A DNA stretch of 64,000 bases from an uncultured Eubacteriales bacterium (GTDB lineage: Bacteria > Bacillota > Clostridia > Peptostreptococcales > Anaerovoracaceae): positions 14,897 through 78,896 of the forward strand of contig CASEOD010000028.1 of NCBI GenBank assembly GCA_949289445.1, written 5' to 3'. Shown piece after piece: positions 59,386 through 64,000 of this stretch. The position numbers and the translations under genes were made by a program. Positions within the stretch are counted from its first letter, which is position 1, and each line of letters opens with the position of its first letter. The notes under the pieces are model-generated. The model saw only the letters and a list, made by a program, of their open reading frames with translations, searched no databases and had not been told where the DNA came from.

Positions 59386-60518
59386 TAGAATAAGTTTTCC
59401 CTTCTGATCTCTTCCAGATAATCTCCGTTAATAGAAGCCTCTTCCAGAGATTTCATCAGATTCATAGATGCTACCGCCGTTTCAATGATCTTAAAAGCAA
59501 TCGGGCATCCGCTTCCTTCACCAAGCCTCATGCCCAGATCGAACATCGGCGTAAGACCCAGTCTGTCCATTGCCGCCTGATATCCGATCTCATAAGATTT
59601 GTGAGAAGCGAACATGTAGTTTACCACCTTGGGATTGAGTTCCTTTGCGTAACAGGCAGCGACCACAGAAATGAATCCATCGATGACAACAGGAATCCTG
59701 TGCAGTGCAGCCCCCAGAAACGCGCCTGTCATGGCACAGATATCAAATCCGCCGACTTTCGCCAGTTTCTCTATAGGATCTCCCATACACCAGCTGTTTA
59801 CCGCATCGTCAACAATTCTCAGTTTTTTGGCAAGACCTTCGTCATTGAGACCACCGCCTCTGCCAACTACCTGTTTTGCAGGCAGCCCTGTCAGTGCGCT
59901 GAGCAGAGCCGAACTGGTAGTCGTATTGCCGATTCCCATTTCACCGATGCCCAGAAGCTGTACTCCGGCTTTTTTCGCCGCTTCCGCCGCCTCAAATCCG
60001 ATGAGCAGCGCTCTTACAGCCTGTTCTCTCGTCATGGCAGCTTCCTTTGCCAGATTCCTTGTGCCGTTGGCAATTCTTCTGTTTACAATTTTGACAGGAA
60101 TTCTGCCATCCTCTGTCAGCATGGAGTCTGTATAAAGTTCCTCGGGAATCTCCATGGCTACCCCTACATCGGTAACCAGCAGATCAATGCCAAAATACTT
60201 GGCCATAGAGCTGACTCCCGTATATCTTCTTGTAAAATTGATGGTCTGTGACAAAGTGACAGACTGAGGTGCAGAAGCTACACCTTCCGCCACAACCCCG
60301 TTGTCGGCTGACATGATGACAATACACTGCCCGGTCACATCATTATCCATATATTTCCCTGTAATCCCTGCGATTTTAATGGAAATATCTTCTAGACGGC
60401 CAAGACTTCCGGGCGGTTTTGCCAGATAATCCTGCCGTTCCTTTGCTGCGATCATGGCCTGTTCGTCCAGGTCTCCAATCTGTCCAATCAGTTCAAACAG
60501 CCTTTTTTCATCACTCAT
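59385..60518 (-). CDS. cobT: Nicotinate-nucleotide--dimethylbenzimidazole phosphoribosyltransferase
   Basis: AKPPGSLGRLE, GEMGIGNTT, IDGFIS, MRLGEGSG. Confidence 0.95.
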   Translation of the reverse strand: MSDEKRLFELIGQIGDLDEQAMIAAKERQDYLAKPPGSLGRLEDISIKIAGITGKYMDNDVTGQCIVIMSADNGVVAEGVASAPQSVTLSQTINFTRRYTGVSSMAKYFGIDLLVTDVGVAMEIPEELYTDSMLTEDGRIPVKIVNRRIANGTRNLAKEAAMTREQAVRALLIGFEAAEAAKKAGVQLLGIGEMGIGNTTTSSALLSALTGLPAKQVVGRGGGLNDEGLAKKLRIVDDAVNSWCMGDPIEKLAKVGGFDICAMTGAFLGAALHRIPVVIDGFISVVAACYAKELNPKVVNYMFASHKSYEIGYQAAMDRLGLTPMFDLGMRLGEGSGCPIAFKIIETAVASMNLMKSLEEASINGDYLEEIRRENLF

Positions 60519-60686
60519 TTTTTATCCTCTCTCTTAACATTTAAATCATACACCACGTTGTACACAATACAATCATCTTATCATATTTTTGTATAAAAAA
60601 AAAGTTTCTTATCTTGTAAAATTTCACTGTTTTTAATATAATTGTGTATACCAAGCGAACACTATAAGTAAGAGGGATTTGATAAT

Positions 60687-61613
60687 ATGAACAAAAAAAT
60701 GCAAAGCAACATTCTGCTTTTAATTACTGCCGTAATCTGGGGCTCCGCTTTTGTCGCCCAGAAAGCCGGCGCAGTGCTCGAGCCGTTTACATACAACGGC
60801 ATTCGAATGCTGATCGGAGGTCTGGTTCTGATTCCGGTCATCTTCATCTTCAAAAAAATCAACGGAGAAGATTCGGAAGCAAAATCAGAAGAAGAACGTC
60901 AGGCAGAAAGAAAAACGCTTCTCGTGGGCGGTCTGTGCTGTGGTCTGGCGCTGTGCATCGCTTCCACCCTGCAGCAGTTCGGACTGTATTTTGATGCCGA
61001 TGCCGGCAAAGCGGGATTCATAACATCTCTGTATATCGTTATCGTGCCTGTTCTCGGTCTGTTTCTGAAACAGAAGGTAAAACCAATTGTCTGGGGCTGT
61101 ATCGCACTGGGCGCAGTAGGCTTTTATCTGCTGACCATGGCAGGCAAGGGAGAAGGTTTCACCCTGCATACAGGCGAGCTTTTCGTGCTTATCTGCGCAG
61201 TGGCCTTTTCCTGCCATATTCTGGTCGTGGATCATTTTTCGCCAAAGTGCGACGGAATCAAACTTTCCTGCATCCAGTTCCTGTTCTGCGGTATCATCGG
61301 TATCATCTGTATGTTCATTTTCGAGAACCCGGTATGGGCAGACATTGTAGACTGCTGGCTTCCGATTCTGTACTGCGGCGTATTTTCCTCCGGTGTGGCA
61401 TATACCTGTCAGGTCCTGGGTCAGAAACACGCAGAACCCAGTGTGGCTTCTCTGATCATGAGTCTGGAATCCGTATTTTCCGTCATTTTCGGAGCGCTGA
61501 TTCTGGGCGAGAGACTGACTCTGCTGGAAGGCCTGGGCTGTGTGGTAATCTTCATCGCAGTGGTGATCCCTCAGCTCCCTTCAAAGGAAGAAAGACTTTC
61601 CGCAAAATCTTAA
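60687..61613 (+). CDS. DMT (EamA) family transporter
   Basis: IWGSAFVAQ, KAGFITSLYIVIVP, SLESVF; about 10 TM segments. Confidence 0.92.
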   Translation: MNKKMQSNILLLITAVIWGSAFVAQKAGAVLEPFTYNGIRMLIGGLVLIPVIFIFKKINGEDSEAKSEEERQAERKTLLVGGLCCGLALCIASTLQQFGLYFDADAGKAGFITSLYIVIVPVLGLFLKQKVKPIVWGCIALGAVGFYLLTMAGKGEGFTLHTGELFVLICAVAFSCHILVVDHFSPKCDGIKLSCIQFLFCGIIGIICMFIFENPVWADIVDCWLPILYCGVFSSGVAYTCQVLGQKHAEPSVASLIMSLESVFSVIFGALILGERLTLLEGLGCVVIFIAVVIPQLPSKEERLSAKS

Positions 61614-61647
61614 ACGCATAAAAACCTTCAAATTTATTTTTTTAAAG

Positions 61648-61675
61648 CACTCAGCCTTGAAAGGCTGAGTGTTTT
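61648..61675 (+). terminator. Rho-independent terminator
   Basis: CACTCAGCC-TTGAAA-GGCTGAGTG followed by TTTT. Confidence 0.65.
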
Positions 61676-61722
61676 AGCGTATACTAATCATATTGAAATC
61701 TATAGAACAGGAAGTGAAACCC

Positions 61723-62298
61723 ATGATTACAAGAGAAGAAGCTTTGGAACTTCTGAAAAAATACAACAAAGATGATTTTCATATCCACCACGGGCTGACA
61801 GTAGAAGCTGTTATGCGCTATCTGGCCAAAAAACACGGCTACGGAGAAGATGCCGACTTCTGGGGCATCTGCGGTCTGCTCCACGATATCGACTTTGAGA
61901 TGTGGCCGGACGAGCACTGTGTCAAAGCGCCTGAGCTGCTCCGTGAGGCAGGCGTGGAAGAAGATATGATTCACGCTATCTGTTCCCACGGCTATGGGGA
62001 GTGCTGTGATATTGCACCGGAGCACGAGATGGAAAAGATTCTCTTTGCAGTAGATGAACTGACAGGACTAATCGGCGCAGCTGTCATTCTTCGCCCGTCC
62101 AAAAGCTGCAAGGACATGGATCTGAAATCTTTGAAAAAGAAATTCAAGGATAAACGCTTTGCGGCAGGATGCAGCAGGGACGTCATCAGAAAGGGTGCAG
62201 AGCAGCTGGGCTGGGAACTGGAGGACCTTCAGGCTGAGACTCTGGAAGCAATGCAGGCAGTTGAAGATCAGGTGACTGCCGAAACACCCCTGAAGTAA
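61723..62298 (+). CDS. HD-domain (HDIG) hydrolase
   Basis: HGLTVE, GLLHDID, AICSH, DELTG, KDKRFAAG. Confidence 0.88.
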   Translation: MITREEALELLKKYNKDDFHIHHGLTVEAVMRYLAKKHGYGEDADFWGICGLLHDIDFEMWPDEHCVKAPELLREAGVEEDMIHAICSHGYGECCDIAPEHEMEKILFAVDELTGLIGAAVILRPSKSCKDMDLKSLKKKFKDKRFAAGCSRDVIRKGAEQLGWELEDLQAETLEAMQAVEDQVTAETPLK

Positions 62299-62373
62299 CC
62301 GCAGAATCGCCAAAAGGCATTGTGATAAATCTGAAGAAAAACAGTAAAATCAAAAGTTACGAGGTTATAAGAA

Positions 62374-62928
62374 ATGAACTATGAAATGACCATAGCGGGA
62401 TGTACCCGCCGGCTACCTTTATGCAGAATCAGCGACGATCTGTATATCGGCGCCTTTATCATGTTCAGTGATGTGGAAATCACCAAAGCCGCCGCTGAAC
62501 AGCTCCTGGCAAAAGCGCCGGATTTTGACGTAATCATCACTGCCGAATCCAAAGGGATTCCTCTGGCCTACGAAATGGCACGGCAGAAAGGCATTGATGA
62601 CTATATCGTAGCCAGAAAAGGTCCGAAACTCTATATGCAGAACATCATCACCACAGAAGTCGATTCCATCACCACCGATCACATCCAGACCTTGTGTCTG
62701 GGACAGACCGAAGTGGACAGACTGACAGGCAAACGAGTTCTCATCGTAGATGATGTAATCAGTACAGGAGAGTCTCTGCACTCTCTTGAAACACTGCTTC
62801 GGCGTATCGACTGCCGCATAGTCGGGAAAATGGCTGTTCTTGCAGAGGGCGAGGCAGCAGACAGGGACGATATCATCTTTCTGGAAAAACTACCGCTGTT
62901 TAATGCCGACGGCACAGTAAAAGAATAG
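62374..62928 (+). CDS. Type I phosphoribosyltransferase (adenine PRTase-like)
   Basis: TAESKGIP, ARK, VLIVDDVISTGES PRPP-binding motif. Confidence 0.88.
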   Translation: MNYEMTIAGCTRRLPLCRISDDLYIGAFIMFSDVEITKAAAEQLLAKAPDFDVIITAESKGIPLAYEMARQKGIDDYIVARKGPKLYMQNIITTEVDSITTDHIQTLCLGQTEVDRLTGKRVLIVDDVISTGESLHSLETLLRRIDCRIVGKMAVLAEGEAADRDDIIFLEKLPLFNADGTVKE

Positions 62929-62979
62929 ACAGTATCAATAAACTGTCACGTTTTTCTTACTCTCATACATGCACTCAGT

Positions 62980-63021
62980 AAACAATGGGGTTCTGTGCAA
63001 ATGACACAAACCCCATTGTTT
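62980..63021. terminator. Bidirectional terminator
   Basis: AAACAATGGGGTT-loop-AACCCCATTGTTT. Confidence 0.65.
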
Positions 63022-63078
63022 CAGTATCTGAACTTCATCTTTCGATATCTCTCATATTATGATTGAATATATCCGTTT

Positions 63079-63957
63079 CTAAAGTCTCTTCTCAAAATTT
63101 CCGCTGACATGAATTCCTTCAAAGAAAATAATGAATGCTTTAGGGTCCATTTCTCTGATAATGCTCTTTACTTCAGTGACTTCATATTTATTGATCACCA
63201 CTGCCATGATTCTGGTGTTATCTTTCGTATAATCTCCCATGCCTTTCCAGCTGGTAACACCCCGTCCCGTTCTCTCCATAATCGCTTCAGAGACGCCCTG
63301 CCCTTTAGAGAAGATCAGACAGATCACGTTGATATTCTGGAAATGAATCCGATCCAGCACCAGAGAATAGCAGGCCATATATATAATTGAATAAACTGCA
63401 GTTTCCAGATTAAAAAGAACCGCGCAGACACAGTACAAAACCGCGTTGATGCCCAGCGCCAGTTTCCCCACAGAAAACTTTTCAAACTTCTGAGTAAAAT
63501 ACACACCCAGAATATCCAATCCTCCGCCGCTGCCGCTGCTGCGCAGGGTAATTCCCATTCCCGCGCCGCAGATCACGCCTCCCATCAGACAATTTGCCAG
63601 CACATCATCAAGCAGCGGTTCGACAGGCGCTTTGACAAAGGTCAGAAACAGAGTCTGTGAGCCTACAGAAAGCAATGTCTTTACAAAAAAATTTTTTGAA
63701 ATTGTTTTATATGCCATAAAGAACAGAGGGAGATTGAGCAGCATATTAAGAATCCCTGCGATATCCACATTTTTTAAAAGAAGAGATGGGGATATCATAA
63801 GCAGAAGACTCCTGATAATCTGCGCGATACCAAGAAGTCCGCTGCTGAACAGATCCAGCGGTACCAGAAAAAAATTGGTACCTATCGCAAACAGCATTCC
63901 GCCAAAAAAAACAGTGGCATATTTCTTAAACTCTTTTTTAACAAATTCATTTTCCAT
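63079..63957 (-). CDS. YitT family membrane protein
   Basis: NLPLF, GSGGGLDI, GRGVT...GDYT, DPKAFI, VSGNF. Confidence 0.9.
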   Translation of the reverse strand: MENEFVKKEFKKYATVFFGGMLFAIGTNFFLVPLDLFSSGLLGIAQIIRSLLLMISPSLLLKNVDIAGILNMLLNLPLFFMAYKTISKNFFVKTLLSVGSQTLFLTFVKAPVEPLLDDVLANCLMGGVICGAGMGITLRSSGSGGGLDILGVYFTQKFEKFSVGKLALGINAVLYCVCAVLFNLETAVYSIIYMACYSLVLDRIHFQNINVICLIFSKGQGVSEAIMERTGRGVTSWKGMGDYTKDNTRIMAVVINKYEVTEVKSIIREMDPKAFIIFFEGIHVSGNFEKRL

Positions 63958-64000
63958 TCAGATGGGGTCCTCCTTAAGTTCTTCTGCACTCTGCTTTTAC

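Noticed and set aside
60519-60686. Cobalamin riboswitch upstream of cobT
   Set aside because: Only 168 bp of AT-rich divergent-promoter DNA; no B12-box motifs visible
1-64000. CRISPR array, rRNA, prophage, transposase or defence system
   Set aside because: No regularly spaced repeat-spacer units and no such protein motifs seen in any ORF

Overview
Ordinary-GC chromosomal window from an anaerobic Firmicute (Clostridia; gene content suggests an amino-acid-fermenting Anaerovoracaceae/Eubacterium-like organism, which is an inference). Housekeeping genes lie mostly on the minus strand: asnS, an EF-G paralogue, rnfCDGEAB, tRNA-Thr(CGT), addB, tex, prfB with its programmed frameshift, secA, birA, and a cobT-cobU-cobS cobamide salvage cluster. 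The most interesting accessory region is a ~17 kb locus (12.6-29.3 kb) that looks dedicated to D-amino-acid peptides or peptidoglycan stem peptides. It holds a D-aminoacylase, a cytoplasmic beta-lactamase-fold hydrolase, DmpA, an Opp ABC importer, a sigma54 activator, a racemase, an LD-carboxypeptidase and an SpmA/SpmB-like membrane pair, with three clear sigma54 -24/-12 promoters. Its activator is frameshifted exactly at a perfect inverted repeat. Other notable items: a MerR-type 19-bp-spacer promoter driving DUF5058 plus tandem M20 amidohydrolases; a CobC-aldo/keto-reductase fusion beside two complementary CobU paralogues; a nucleoside hydrolase frameshifted in an A10 tract; an A11 tract in a promoter spacer; a 33-aa membrane peptide missed by the ORF track; and an AT-rich GNAT islet with integrase arm-like repeats. 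No CRISPR array, rRNA or intact transposase/integrase was seen.
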